Positions 50,075 through 59,601 of a stretch of 64,000 nt of DNA are shown one piece after another; the first letter of the stretch is position 1; each line of letters starts with the position of its first letter. The notes beneath the pieces are model-generated. The model ran no database searches, was not told the origin of the DNA, and saw only the letters and a list, made by a program, of their open reading frames with translations. Source of the stretch: an uncultured delta proteobacterium (GTDB lineage Bacteria; Myxococcota_A; Polyangia; Polyangiales; JAFGIB01); contig CAVZVA010000005.1 of assembly GCA_963778655.1 (NCBI GenBank), positions 160,001 to 224,000 on the forward strand, given 5' to 3'. The translations under genes and the position numbers were made by a program.

Positions 50075-50230
50075 CTCCGATCCTTTGCCTTGGTGTGGTG
50101 CGCGCGGATTCAGCGTCCGGAGGGTCCCATCATATCTCTGACCTCCCGCGCTGACCACCGCCGCCGTTCAGCCCGGCTGCGGAAGGGAGTCAGGGCTTCG
50201 AGCGCACCCCGAACGCGGCGCGACGGCTGC

Positions 50231-50509
50231 CTACTGCAGCGTCGGCCCGGACCCGATCTTGCCGAAGTGCGCCTCGTGCTTGGCGATCGTTTCGGCCAGC
50301 GCCATGTTGAAGCGCTTGGCGTGCTGCGGCGACATCAGGATCCGCGACAGCAGCCAGCCGGCTTTGCCCTGCACGAACGCGAAGTCGAGCACGAACGTGT
50401 CCTGGCTGCTCGCGACCTGCGCCAGATTGGAAAAGCGCCCCTTCGCGATCTCGTCGTCCGCCTTGATCACGAGGGCCTCTTGGTCCTTGGGTCGGCTCGG
50501 GTTGTCCAT
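50231..50509 (-). CDS. DUF3467-like small protein
   Basis: IAKGRFSN, FVLDF, SRILMSPQHAKRF, HEAHFGKI. Confidence 0.8.
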   Translation of the reverse strand: MDNPSRPKDQEALVIKADDEIAKGRFSNLAQVASSQDTFVLDFAFVQGKAGWLLSRILMSPQHAKRFNMALAETIAKHEAHFGKIGSGPTLQ

Positions 50510-50523
50510 GGCAAGCTTGTAGC

Positions 50524-51144
50524 ATGGACGAGGTCCTGTTCTGTCCCTTCTGCGGGGAGGCTTTCGAGGGGCTGACGCACTGCCCCGAGCACGAGCTCGG
50601 CCTGCTGCCCTGGGCCCAGCTGCCGGGCGCGGCCGAACGGGCGCTACCGGAGCGCGAGTCCCTGGCCTGGTTCTCGCCGCGGCTGGGCCGTGGTTGGGTC
50701 GCTGCCAGCGCGCTGCTGTGGCTGCTGGCCTTCGCCGCGTTGCCGCTGGGCAACGTGAGCGGCTCCTTGCACATGGGCGGCAGCATGTTGCAGCTCGCGC
50801 TGCGCGGCACGCCGCGGCTGTGGCTGCTGCCCGTGGCCGCGTGGGCCGAGCTTGCGATTCTCTACCGGCGCCGCAGCCCGCACGCGCTGCGCGGCGCGCG
50901 GCTGGCGGTGGTGCTGGTCGGCTGCGTCCCGCTCCTTTCCGCCGTGTCCACCTGGTTTTCGGCCCGCCGCGCGGTAGCGCTGCTGGCGGCGCGCGACGGC
51001 CAGCAGCTGCAGCTGCACGTGGGCAGCGGACTCTACGCCGTGGCGCTCGCCAGCCTGCCGTTGATCGTCGCCGGCCTGCGTCTGGGGGTCCCGCCGCGAC
51101 GCGCGCACCCTCTGGATCAGGGGCGCATCGATTCGGGGCGGTAG
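50524..51144 (+). CDS. Membrane protein with N-terminal zinc-ribbon-like motif
   Basis: CPFC-x8-CPEH followed by four hydrophobic segments. Confidence 0.7.
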   Translation: MDEVLFCPFCGEAFEGLTHCPEHELGLLPWAQLPGAAERALPERESLAWFSPRLGRGWVAASALLWLLAFAALPLGNVSGSLHMGGSMLQLALRGTPRLWLLPVAAWAELAILYRRRSPHALRGARLAVVLVGCVPLLSAVSTWFSARRAVALLAARDGQQLQLHVGSGLYAVALASLPLIVAGLRLGVPPRRAHPLDQGRIDSGR

Positions 51145-52100
51145 ATGTAGCCCTGGTGCTGAAACACGCAGATGCGGTCGCGGCCCTCGTGCTTGGCCTG
51201 GTACAGCGCGCGGTCTGCGGCCTTCAGCAGCTGGTCCTTGGACTTGATGTCGCGGCTCGGATAAACCGCCACGCCGACCGAAACCGTGACGCGCTCGCTG
51301 GCGCCGACGTTCAGGCCGAAGGGCTCGCCGCCCACAGCCCGCCAGACCCGTTCGGCCACCGACAGCGCGCCCGAGAAGTTGGTGCTGGGCAGCACCAGCA
51401 GGAACTCCTCGCCACCGTAGCGCGCCACCACGTCGACCTCGCGCACTGCCTTGAGCAGGCGCACCGAGACTTCGCGCAACGCCTCATCGCCTGCGTTGTG
51501 ACCGTGGCGGTCGTTGACGCGCTTGAAGTAGTCGACGTCGATCATCACGCACGAAAGCGGTTCGCGGTAGCGCTCGGCGCGCTTGAATTCCTCGCTCATG
51601 CGCGTGTGCAGATAGCGATAATTGTACAGCCCCGTGAGATCGTCCTGGATCGCCAGCGTGGAGAGGTGCTCCCTGGCCCGGTTGATCTGATCGTGCATGC
51701 GCTTGAGGCGCAGCAGGTTGTGCAAACGCGCCAGCAGCTCGCGCTCGTCGAAGGGCTTGCACACGTAGTCGTCCGCGCCGATGCGCAGCCCGGCGACCCG
51801 GCTGTCCCCGTCGGCCCTGGCGGTCAGCAGCACCACCGGCAGGAAGGCGTCGTGCATCATGCCTTTGATCAGCCGGCAGCAGTCCAGCCCGTCCAGACCG
51901 GGCATGACCACGTCAAGCAGCACCAGGTCCAGCTCGCCATCGCGCGCCTTGGCCACCGCCTTGTGACCGTCGTCGGCGGTGATGACCTGCATCCCGTTCG
52001 CTTCGAGCAGGGTGCTCAGGTACTCCCGCGTCAGCGCGTCGTCCTCGGCGACGAGTATGCGCGGCGCGCCATCGGATTCTGATGTGGAAGAGGTGTCCAC
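51117..52100 (-). CDS. REC-GGDEF diguanylate cyclase
   Basis: AEDD, LLDVVMP, CKPF; DDLTGLYN, RxxD I-site (REVD), RYGGEEF. Confidence 0.93.
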   Translation of the reverse strand: MDTSSTSESDGAPRILVAEDDALTREYLSTLLEANGMQVITADDGHKAVAKARDGELDLVLLDVVMPGLDGLDCCRLIKGMMHDAFLPVVLLTARADGDSRVAGLRIGADDYVCKPFDERELLARLHNLLRLKRMHDQINRAREHLSTLAIQDDLTGLYNYRYLHTRMSEEFKRAERYREPLSCVMIDVDYFKRVNDRHGHNAGDEALREVSVRLLKAVREVDVVARYGGEEFLLVLPSTNFSGALSVAERVWRAVGGEPFGLNVGASERVTVSVGVAVYPSRDIKSKDQLLKAADRALYQAKHEGRDRICVFQHQGYIYRPESMRP

Positions 52101-52400
52101 GGTCGAGCCCCGCCTCGCCGGGCTCTCTCATCCAAGTGCCCTTGGGCCCTGCACCTTAACACGGAACGAAGGCGGGCACCAAACCCCGCTCGAGCCCCGC
52201 GCGCGGCGTGTTGGAAGGGCCACGGATCGAGGCGCGCGCCGCGCGCCAAGGCCGCGAATTTGCAGTCCCCCCCTGGTCGGTGAGGCGGATGCACGGTCGA
52301 GCGACGCGGCGTCAAGCTCTTTTTCGCGATCGCGGCCGGAGCCGCCCGCGGAGCCGGGATTCGCCTTCCTTCGGCCCGGCCCCGACGTATACTTAGGAAA

Positions 52401-52416
52401 CGGCACGGGGGTTGCT
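52401..52416 (+). promoter_or_regulatory. Sigma-54 -24/-12 site upstream of rpoN
   Basis: CGGCACG-GGGG-TTGCT with correct GG-N10-GC spacing; TATACT at 52388-52393 just upstream. Confidence 0.75.
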
Positions 52417-52455
52417 AGGCGCGACCCCGGCCCGAGCGGGAAGGTACCGAAGCCC

Positions 52456-53928
52456 TTGGAGCTCAAGCAGCAGCTCAAGCTGTCCCAGCAGCTGGTCATG
52501 ACGCCCCAGCTGCAACAGGCGATCCGCCTGCTGCAGATGTCGCGCATGGAGCTGGTCGAGACGGTGCGCCAGGAGCTGCTCGAGAACCCCGTGCTCGAGG
52601 ACCAGCGCGAGGTCGAGGGCGGTGGGATGCCCTCCGAAGGCGGGAGCAACGGCGAAGCGCGCGCGACCAACGGCGAGAGCCTGGCCGAGCGTCATGGCGA
52701 TCTCGACACGCGCTCCGCCGACAAGAAGGTCTCCGAGATCGACTGGGAGCGCTACATCGAGAACCACGCGATGCAGGCTCCGATGCCGGGAGGCTCGTAC
52801 CGGGGCTTTGACGAGCTGCCCAGCTACGAGACCACGCTCAGCAAAAGCGAGGATCTGACCGATCACCTGGAGTGGCAGGTGCGGATGAGCGACATGGTCG
52901 AGAACGAGCGCCGCTTTGCCGCGCTGGTGCTCGGCAACCTGGACGACAAGGGTTACCTCACGCTCGAGGGGCTGACGCCGGAGCAGGTGGTGCCCAAGCT
53001 CGCGCAAGAAGCCGATCTCGACCCCGAGGACGCCGAAGAAGTGCTCAAGATGATCCAGCGCTTCGACCCGATCGGCGTCGCCAGCCGCGACCTGTGCGAG
53101 TGCCTGCGGGTGCAGGCGGAGCACTGGGACATGGACGCGCTGGTGCTCAAGATCATCGACGAGCACCTGCCCGATCTGGAGCGCCGCAACTACCAGGGCA
53201 TCGCCAAGAAGCTCGCCGTGGACATTGACGACGTCTACGACGTGGCCCAGGTGATCGGCGAGCTGGAGCCCAGGCCGGCGCGCAACTTCGTCTCCGCGCA
53301 GACCCAGTACATCGAGCCCGACGTGTGGGTGCACAAGGTCGGCGATCGCTACTTCGTGGTGGCCAACGACGACGGTATGCCGCGGCTCAAGATCAGTGGG
53401 TTCTACCGCTCGGTGATGCAGGGCCAGCCCGAGGCCAAGGAATACATTCAGAACAAGATGCGCAGCGCGCAGTGGCTCATCCGCAGCATCGATCAGCGGC
53501 GCAAGACGATCGAGCGTGTCACCGAGTGCATCGTGAGCAAGCAGCGCGACTTCTTCGAGCTGGGCATCGAGCACCTCAAGCCGATGATTCTGCGCGACGT
53601 GGCCGAGGAGGTGGGCATGCACGAGAGCACCATCTCGCGCGTCACCAGCAACAAGTACGTGGCCACGCCCCGCGGGCTGTTCGAGCTCAAGTTTTTCTTC
53701 AACAGCGCGATCCGGCGTTCCTCGGACCAGGACGACATCGCCTCCGAAAGCGTCAAGCAAGCGATCAAGAAGCTGATTGATTCCGAGGACGCGCACCGGC
53801 CCTACAGCGACCAGAAGATCGTCGAGCTGCTGGCGCAGCAGAGGATCATGATCGCGAGGCGAACAGTGGCCAAGTACCGCGAGATGCTGGGGCTGCTCAG
53901 CTCGTCCAAACGCAAGAAGTACTTCTGA
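52456..53928 (+). CDS. rpoN: RNA polymerase sigma-54 factor (TTG start inferred)
   Basis: MTPQLQQAIRLLQ, ELLENPVLE, MHESTISR, RpoN box ARRTVAKYRE. Confidence 0.97.
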   Translation: MELKQQLKLSQQLVMTPQLQQAIRLLQMSRMELVETVRQELLENPVLEDQREVEGGGMPSEGGSNGEARATNGESLAERHGDLDTRSADKKVSEIDWERYIENHAMQAPMPGGSYRGFDELPSYETTLSKSEDLTDHLEWQVRMSDMVENERRFAALVLGNLDDKGYLTLEGLTPEQVVPKLAQEADLDPEDAEEVLKMIQRFDPIGVASRDLCECLRVQAEHWDMDALVLKIIDEHLPDLERRNYQGIAKKLAVDIDDVYDVAQVIGELEPRPARNFVSAQTQYIEPDVWVHKVGDRYFVVANDDGMPRLKISGFYRSVMQGQPEAKEYIQNKMRSAQWLIRSIDQRRKTIERVTECIVSKQRDFFELGIEHLKPMILRDVAEEVGMHESTISRVTSNKYVATPRGLFELKFFFNSAIRRSSDQDDIASESVKQAIKKLIDSEDAHRPYSDQKIVELLAQQRIMIARRTVAKYREMLGLLSSSKRKKYF

Positions 53929-54097
53929 ATGAGCGACGCGATTTGTGCCAAACGAGGGTGCGGGGGGTGCTGGAATCGGCCCCGGTCGCCGCGGGTTGGC
54001 AAGGTGAGGGTTGGCGCGGTCCGGGCGATCGGCCGCGCGCGGCGCTTGGTTTGTCTTTGTCACTCAAGCTGGAGACCCCGGGTTTCACGAGGAGCGC

Positions 54098-54421
54098 ATG
54101 CATATCGAATTCACGTTCCGCAACCTGGAATCGTCGGACGCGATCAAGAGCTACGCGGCCGACAAGCTCGGTAAGTTGCAGAAGTATCTCAAAGCGCCGC
54201 TCGACGCGCAGGTCACGTTCTCCCTCGAACGGCATCTGCACTGCGTCGACGTGAGCTTCAGCGCCGGTGCCGAGCACCATCAGGGGCGCGCGGAGCAAGA
54301 GGATATGTACGCGTCCATCGACCTGGTGGTCGACAAGATCCACCGCCAGATCAATCGCGCCAAGGAACTGGCCGGCGACCACCGCCGCGGCCGGCTTCCG
54401 AGCGAGAGCCCCGGGGAGTGA
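54098..54421 (+). CDS. hpf: Ribosome hibernation promoting factor (short HPF)
   Basis: IEFTFRNLE, DMYASIDLVVDKI; follows rpoN; GAGGAG RBS. Confidence 0.9.
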   Translation: MHIEFTFRNLESSDAIKSYAADKLGKLQKYLKAPLDAQVTFSLERHLHCVDVSFSAGAEHHQGRAEQEDMYASIDLVVDKIHRQINRAKELAGDHRRGRLPSESPGE

Positions 54422-54548
54422 GCCGGCGGACCGGGGCGCTTTTTCGCCGGCCCGCGGCGGGCTTGGCCCGGAAAAGTTGGCTATACTCGGCGGCGTTTGG
54501 GGGGACGGCTCATGGCTGGTCCCCCCAACGCGTCGAAGGGCAGTACCC

Positions 54549-55007
54549 ATGCGCTTGGCCGACGTGCTCAAAGTCGAGAGAATTCGCACCGATCTCTGCG
54601 CCGCCGACAAGGAAGGGACGCTGAGGGCGCTGGCGCGGATGTTTGCCCAAGGCGACCAGCGGCTGGACGAGGAGGCGGTCTACCGGGCGTTCTCGGAACG
54701 CGAGCGGGTCGCCAGCACCGGCGTCGGCAGCGGCATCGCCATTCCACACGGCCGCGTGGATATCGCCGACTTCCGGGTGGTGGTGGCGATCAGCCCCGAG
54801 GGCGTGCCGTTCGACTCCGCCGACGGCGGGCTGGCCCACATCTTCTTCGCCGTGCTCGGCCCGCGGCAGAACCCGGCCGATCAGCTGCGGATGCTCGCGC
54901 GTATCTCGCGGGTGCTCAAAGATCAATCCGTCCGCAGCCGCCTGCTTCGGGCGGCCTCCAGTCAGGACGCGTTTCAGATCGTGGTCGAGGAAGAGCTGCG
55001 CCACTGA
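54549..55007 (+). CDS. ptsN: PTS EIIA(Ntr)-like protein
   Basis: RERVASTGVGSGIAIPHG, FDSADG; position in rpoN cluster. Confidence 0.88.
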   Translation: MRLADVLKVERIRTDLCAADKEGTLRALARMFAQGDQRLDEEAVYRAFSERERVASTGVGSGIAIPHGRVDIADFRVVVAISPEGVPFDSADGGLAHIFFAVLGPRQNPADQLRMLARISRVLKDQSVRSRLLRAASSQDAFQIVVEEELRH

Positions 55008-55075
55008 CAGTCGCGCTCACCGCTGACCGAACCCGATTCAGGACTCGGGGCCTGCCCGGGTGGTAGATTGGCACC

Positions 55076-55939
55076 GTGAGCTCGCTGCACATGGTGGTCG
55101 TCACCGGCATGTCCGGCGCCGGGCGCAGCACCGCGCTGCGCGTGCTCGAGGATCTGGGCTACTTCTGCGTCGACAACATCCCGCCTGCGCTGATCCCCGG
55201 GCTGGTCGAGCTGCTGACCGAGGAGCAGGAGCTGCGCAGGCTCGCGGTCGGCGTCGACGTGCGGACCGGGCGTTTTCTGGAGGGCGCCCTGGATGTGCTC
55301 GACGCGCTGGTCGCCGCCGGCCATCAGGTCGAGCTGGTCTTCCTCGAGGCGCAGGACGACGAGCTGGTGCGGCGCTTCAGCGAGACGCGCCGCTCCCATC
55401 CGCTGGCGCCCGGCGGCAACCTGCTCGAGGCGATCCAGCGAGAGCGCGAGCGGCTGGCGCCCCTGCGAGGCCGCGCCGGCCTGCTCGTCGACACCACCGG
55501 CATGTCGGTGCACGACCTACGTCGCATGCTCGTCGACTACATCGCGCGCGGCGGGCGGCGCTCGCACATGATCACTCGGATCGTGTCGTTTGGCTTCAAG
55601 TACGGGCTACCGGTGGACGCCGACCTGGTGTTCGACCTGCGCTACTTGCCCAATCCCCATTTCGTGCCGGCCCTGCGTCCCAAGACCGGGCTCGATCCCG
55701 AGGTCGCTGCCTTTGTGCTTCAGACCTCGGAGGGCCGTGAGCTGCTCGAGGATCTGAGCTCGCTGCTCACCAAGCTGCTGCCGCGCTACGAGCGCGAGGG
55801 CAAGAGCTACTTGACCATTGCGGTCGGCTGCACCGGCGGCCGCCATCGTTCGGTGGCCGTGGCCGAGGCCCTGGCCGAGGCCCTGCGCGGCGCCGGCGAC
55901 GTGCGTGTCGAGCACCGCGACGTGTCGATGGCCGATTGA
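55076..55939 (+). CDS. rapZ: RapZ/YvcJ P-loop protein
   Basis: TGMSGAGRS, CVDNIP, SFGFKYG, LPNPHF, GCTGGRHRS. Confidence 0.95.
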   Translation: MSSLHMVVVTGMSGAGRSTALRVLEDLGYFCVDNIPPALIPGLVELLTEEQELRRLAVGVDVRTGRFLEGALDVLDALVAAGHQVELVFLEAQDDELVRRFSETRRSHPLAPGGNLLEAIQRERERLAPLRGRAGLLVDTTGMSVHDLRRMLVDYIARGGRRSHMITRIVSFGFKYGLPVDADLVFDLRYLPNPHFVPALRPKTGLDPEVAAFVLQTSEGRELLEDLSSLLTKLLPRYEREGKSYLTIAVGCTGGRHRSVAVAEALAEALRGAGDVRVEHRDVSMAD

Positions 55940-55995
55940 CGCGTTGCAGGCCCGTAACAAGTGTCTTCGTTTCGGCCGCGCTGTGCCCGTGCGCG

Positions 55996-56024
55996 TTGCG
56001 CGGCGAACGAATCGTCCCTACTAT
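55996..56024 (+). promoter_or_regulatory. Possible internal sigma-70 promoter for ptsH-ptsI
   Basis: TTGCGC-17 nt-TACTAT in a 157-bp gap. Confidence 0.4.
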
Positions 56025-56096
56025 CCATCGAGGTCGCGCGTACCCCGTTCGGAGCCCTCCGTGGGCCGAACCGTCAGGAGGGGTCGAACGGTTCTG

Positions 56097-56372
56097 GTGG
56101 CCGAGGTCCGGAGAACCTTCCGCATCATCAATCAGCTTGGGCTTCATGCCCGGGCCGCCAGCGTGCTGTCCAAGCTCGCGGCGAGCTTCAGCGCCGACGT
56201 CCTGATCGAAAAGGACGGTCAGAAGGCCCGCGCCAGCAGCGTGATCGAGCTGCTGCTGTTGTGCGGGCAGCCCGGCTCGGATATCACGGTCGTGGCCCGG
56301 GGCGACGATGCCGAGCAGGCCGTGCACGCCATCGGGGCCCTGATCGGCGATCGCTTTGGGGAGGGGAGCTGA
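56097..56372 (+). CDS. ptsH: Phosphocarrier protein HPr/NPr
   Basis: INQLGLHARAA (His15), ASSVIELL (Ser46 region), FGEG end. Confidence 0.9.
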   Translation: MAEVRRTFRIINQLGLHARAASVLSKLAASFSADVLIEKDGQKARASSVIELLLLCGQPGSDITVVARGDDAEQAVHAIGALIGDRFGEGS

Positions 56373-56429
56373 GCGCATCATGCGCCTTCGGCACACGCTG
56401 GCGGAGTTGTCCGTGGGGGCGTCGCAGCC

Positions 56430-58202
56430 ATGACCCGCGAGCGGGTCGTGTTGCGGGGTATCGTCGCGGCGCCCGGCGTGGGCGTGGGCAAGGCCATCGT
56501 GATCGACTCGCGCCACCAGCACGTGCGGCACCACCGCATCGAGGACGGCGAGACCGAGTTCGAGATCGAGCGCCTGCGGCAGGCGATCGATCGCTCGCGC
56601 GGCGAGCTGGAGGACATCCGCCAGCGCATGGGGGAGGACGCGCCCGCCGACTACCGACTGATCCTCGAGGCGCACCTGATGATGCACAGCGACGAGTTGC
56701 TGGTCGACATCGCGACAGAAGCGATCTCGCGCGACCAGGTCAGCGCCGAATGGGCGGTGGAGCGCGCCATCGGCCAGATCGCCCACCACCTGGCGCAGGC
56801 GCCGGTCGACTACTTCCGCGATCGCGCGGTCGACGTGGAGCACGTCGGCCGCCGTATCATCGCGCAGCTCGCCGGCCGCGTCTCCTCGCTGCCCACCGGG
56901 CTCGAGGATGCGGTGTTGGTGATCGACGACCTGCACCCGGCCGATGCGGCGCAGTTGATCGAGACGCCAGTGGCCGCGCTCGTCACCGGGTTGGGCAGCG
57001 CCACCAGCCACAGCGCGATCCTCGCGCGCGCGCTCGAGATCCCGGCGATCGTCGGCGTGGCCGGTATTACCGAGCGCGTGGGCGAGGGCGACGAGCTGGT
57101 GGTGGATGCATTCGGCGGCGAGGTGGTGCTCGAGCCGAGCCCGGAGGAGTGCGATCGCGCGCGCGTGCGCTCGCGGCGCTTTCGCCAGTTCACCCGCAAG
57201 CTGCGCGAGAGCAGCGGCGCGCGCACGCAGACCAGCGACGGCGTCGCGGTGGCGCTGATGGCCAACGTAGATTTGCCGGCGGAGGCGGCGCTGGCGGCGC
57301 GCGTCTTCGCCCACGGCATCGGGCTGTACCGCACCGAGTTCCTGTTTCTGAACCGCCCCGAGCCGCCGACCGAGGCCGAGCAGTACGAGGTGTATGCCGA
57401 CATCGTGCGCAAGACCCTGCCGCACGTGGTCACGCTGCGCACCATCGACATGGGCGGCGAGGCGCTCAAGGGCAGCGCCGCCGTGCCTGCGGTGCCCAAC
57501 CCCGCGCTCGGGCTGCGGGCGATTCGGCTCGCGCTGGCGCGGCCGGAGCTGCTGGGTGCGCAGCTGCGCGCGGTGCTGCGCGCCTCGACGCTGGGGCCGG
57601 TGCGTCTGATGTTCCCGCTGGTGGCCGGCCTGAAGGAGCTGCGCCAGGCGCGCGCCGCCATGGAGCAAGCGCGCGCGGCCCTGCAGGAACGCGGCGAGCA
57701 GAGCGGATCGCCCGAGGTCGGCGTGATGATCGAGCTGCCGTCGGCGGTGATGATGGCCGATCGCTTCGCGCAGGAGTGCGACTTCCTTTCCGTCGGTACC
57801 AACGACCTGGTGCAGTACGCCCTGGCGGTGGACCGCAGCAATCCGGCGGTGGCCTACCTGGCGCAGTCGCTCGACCCTGCGGTGCTGCGCATGCTGGCCA
57901 CCGTGGTCAGAGGCGCCGCTGGCCAGGGCAAGCCGCTATCGATGTGCGGCGACATGGCCGCGGACGCCTTCGTGCTGCCGATCGTGGTGGGGCTCGGCTA
58001 CCGCACACTCTCCGTTCCGGTGAGCGCGCTACCGCTGGTGCGCGAGGTGCTGCGCCGCATCGACAGCGAGAAGGCGCACGCGGTGGCGACCAGCGCGCTC
58101 GAGTGCACCACCGCCGACGAGGTGACGTGGCTGCTGGCGAGCGAGTTCGGCAAGGAGCTGGGCTCCCTGTGGAGTGAGGCCGGCATCGAGCGGCCGACGT
58201 GA
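56430..58202 (+). CDS. ptsI: PTS enzyme I (no GAF domain)
   Basis: ATSHSAILAR, GIGLYRTEF, NPALGLRAIR, SVGTNDLVQY, MCGDMA. Confidence 0.93.
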   Translation: MTRERVVLRGIVAAPGVGVGKAIVIDSRHQHVRHHRIEDGETEFEIERLRQAIDRSRGELEDIRQRMGEDAPADYRLILEAHLMMHSDELLVDIATEAISRDQVSAEWAVERAIGQIAHHLAQAPVDYFRDRAVDVEHVGRRIIAQLAGRVSSLPTGLEDAVLVIDDLHPADAAQLIETPVAALVTGLGSATSHSAILARALEIPAIVGVAGITERVGEGDELVVDAFGGEVVLEPSPEECDRARVRSRRFRQFTRKLRESSGARTQTSDGVAVALMANVDLPAEAALAARVFAHGIGLYRTEFLFLNRPEPPTEAEQYEVYADIVRKTLPHVVTLRTIDMGGEALKGSAAVPAVPNPALGLRAIRLALARPELLGAQLRAVLRASTLGPVRLMFPLVAGLKELRQARAAMEQARAALQERGEQSGSPEVGVMIELPSAVMMADRFAQECDFLSVGTNDLVQYALAVDRSNPAVAYLAQSLDPAVLRMLATVVRGAAGQGKPLSMCGDMAADAFVLPIVVGLGYRTLSVPVSALPLVREVLRRIDSEKAHAVATSALECTTADEVTWLLASEFGKELGSLWSEAGIERPT

Positions 58203-58229
58203 CGAGCAGAGCCCGGGGCTTTCGCAATC

Positions 58230-58294
58230 ACAGGCAGGGCGGGAAGACGGGAAGGGCTCATTGCTGATCTGACTCGCTCGTTCCGCCTTCCGGC
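58230..58294. repeat. REP-like 8-mer repeat between convergent genes, degenerate reverse arm
   Basis: ACAGGCAG G GCGGGAAG ACGGGAAG (58230-58254); GTTCCGC CTTCCGGC near 58280-58294. Confidence 0.7.
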
Positions 58295-58325
58295 CCGCCA
58301 GGTTTCATGCTCCTTGCGTGAACCC

Positions 58326-58850
58326 TCAGCGGGCCAGCGGGGCAGTGAATTCGGCCAGGGCGGCCTGGTCCAGGGCGCCGACGTGGCGCGCGATCAGGCG
58401 CCCGCTTGCGTCCAGCAGCAGGTAGGTCGGCACGGTGTCGATGTGCCCGAGGGGGGTCGTGTCCGTGAGCACGCGGTTGTGCGGCTCGTAGGCAAGCGGA
58501 AAGCTCACCGCCAGCGCTTCGCGATACAGCGGTAGCAGCTGCTCGGGGTTGGGTTGCACCGCAATGCCCAGCGCGCGCAGCTTCGGCCGGGAGCGCAGGA
58601 AGCTCTCGAGCGGGGTCAGCGCGAGCTGACAGGTCTGGTCGAAGGTCGTGAACACGAACAACAGCAGCGGCCGTCCGCGCAGCGCCGCGAGCTCCAGGGG
58701 GTGGCCGTCGGCGCCGGTCAGGGTCAGCTCGACCGGCGCGCTGGCCGCGCTCCCGCTGTCGCCGCGCGCCGGCGGCACGCACGCTGCGCTCAGACACAGC
58801 GCGGAGGTGAGCCCCGCGCGCGCGGCGCCTCGCAGCCGCGGCGCGATCAT
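58326..58850 (-). CDS. TlpA/redoxin-fold lipoprotein with DxxC in place of CxxC
   Basis: SAA-C lipobox, LAALRGRPLLLFVFTTFDQTC, VPTYLLLDASG. Confidence 0.7.
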   Translation of the reverse strand: MIAPRLRGAARAGLTSALCLSAACVPPARGDSGSAASAPVELTLTGADGHPLELAALRGRPLLLFVFTTFDQTCQLALTPLESFLRSRPKLRALGIAVQPNPEQLLPLYREALAVSFPLAYEPHNRVLTDTTPLGHIDTVPTYLLLDASGRLIARHVGALDQAALAEFTAPLAR

Positions 58851-59386
58851 TCGAAGCCGGCGTCCAGAACCGTGCGCTGGCCCTTGTCGATGCGCACGCC
58901 GTCGAAGCGCTTTTCCTGGGTGCGGTAGCGCGCCACGACCGCGTAGGTGCCGGCGCTGAGGTGCGCGGACACCCCGCTGCCCAGCGTGCCGATCTGACGG
59001 CTGTCTTTGCGGATGATCGCCATGCCCGCGGTGTCGCGGCCCTGGCTGGTGATGCGCACCTCGAGCAGGCCGGTCGCGAAGTCGGCCACCAGCTTGCGCG
59101 GCGCGTCCCCGGCCGCCACCTCCAGCGGCTGGCGCTGCTGGGGCGCATCGAGCGCGCCGTCCAGGCTCAGCACCGCAACGTGCGAGCCGACCGGAACCGA
59201 AAGCGGCTTGCCGCAGGTTCCGCGCACCAGCTCGTTGGAGCCGTCGAGCACCGCGATCGTGCCCGAGGCGGCCTGCCCGTTTTCCCTGATTTCGCAGCTC
59301 ACCTTGCCGTCGCCCGCGGCCAGGGCCTTGGGGTCGCAGACCAGCAGGGTGAGCAGCACGAGTGCAGCGAGCCGTGAACGCAGCAT
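58847..59386 (-). CDS. Secreted beta-rich hypothetical protein (two PEGA/Ig-like halves)
   Basis: Signal peptide; VPVGSHVA and LSAGTYAV segments; 4-nt overlap with the next gene. Confidence 0.6.
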   Translation of the reverse strand: MLRSRLAALVLLTLLVCDPKALAAGDGKVSCEIRENGQAASGTIAVLDGSNELVRGTCGKPLSVPVGSHVAVLSLDGALDAPQQRQPLEVAAGDAPRKLVADFATGLLEVRITSQGRDTAGMAIIRKDSRQIGTLGSGVSAHLSAGTYAVVARYRTQEKRFDGVRIDKGQRTVLDAGFE

Positions 59387-59525
59387 GAGGGACCTTCCCG
59401 TGGGGCGACCCGCCCCCGGCGAGCCCCCTACACGGCTATCCTCGCGCGGCCGGGCTCCGGATGCCAGAGCCGCGTTTCGGCGTCTGCCCGCGCCCTCGCA
59501 CCTGGCCGCGATCCCCGTCGCCCGC

Positions 59526-59554
59526 TTGACACCGGACGCGCCCGCGGCTACTAA
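59526..59554 (+). promoter_or_regulatory. Sigma-70 promoter of rplM-rpsI
   Basis: Perfect TTGACA-17 nt-TACTAA. Confidence 0.6.
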
Positions 59555-59601
59555 ACCGCTCCCCGCGGGACTCCGAAGCTCGCGCCCGCGCGGTTGCAAC
59601 T

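Noticed and set aside
53990..54490. Sigma-54 promoters before hpf or ptsN (TTGGC motifs)
   Set aside because: GG-N10-GC spacing is not satisfied
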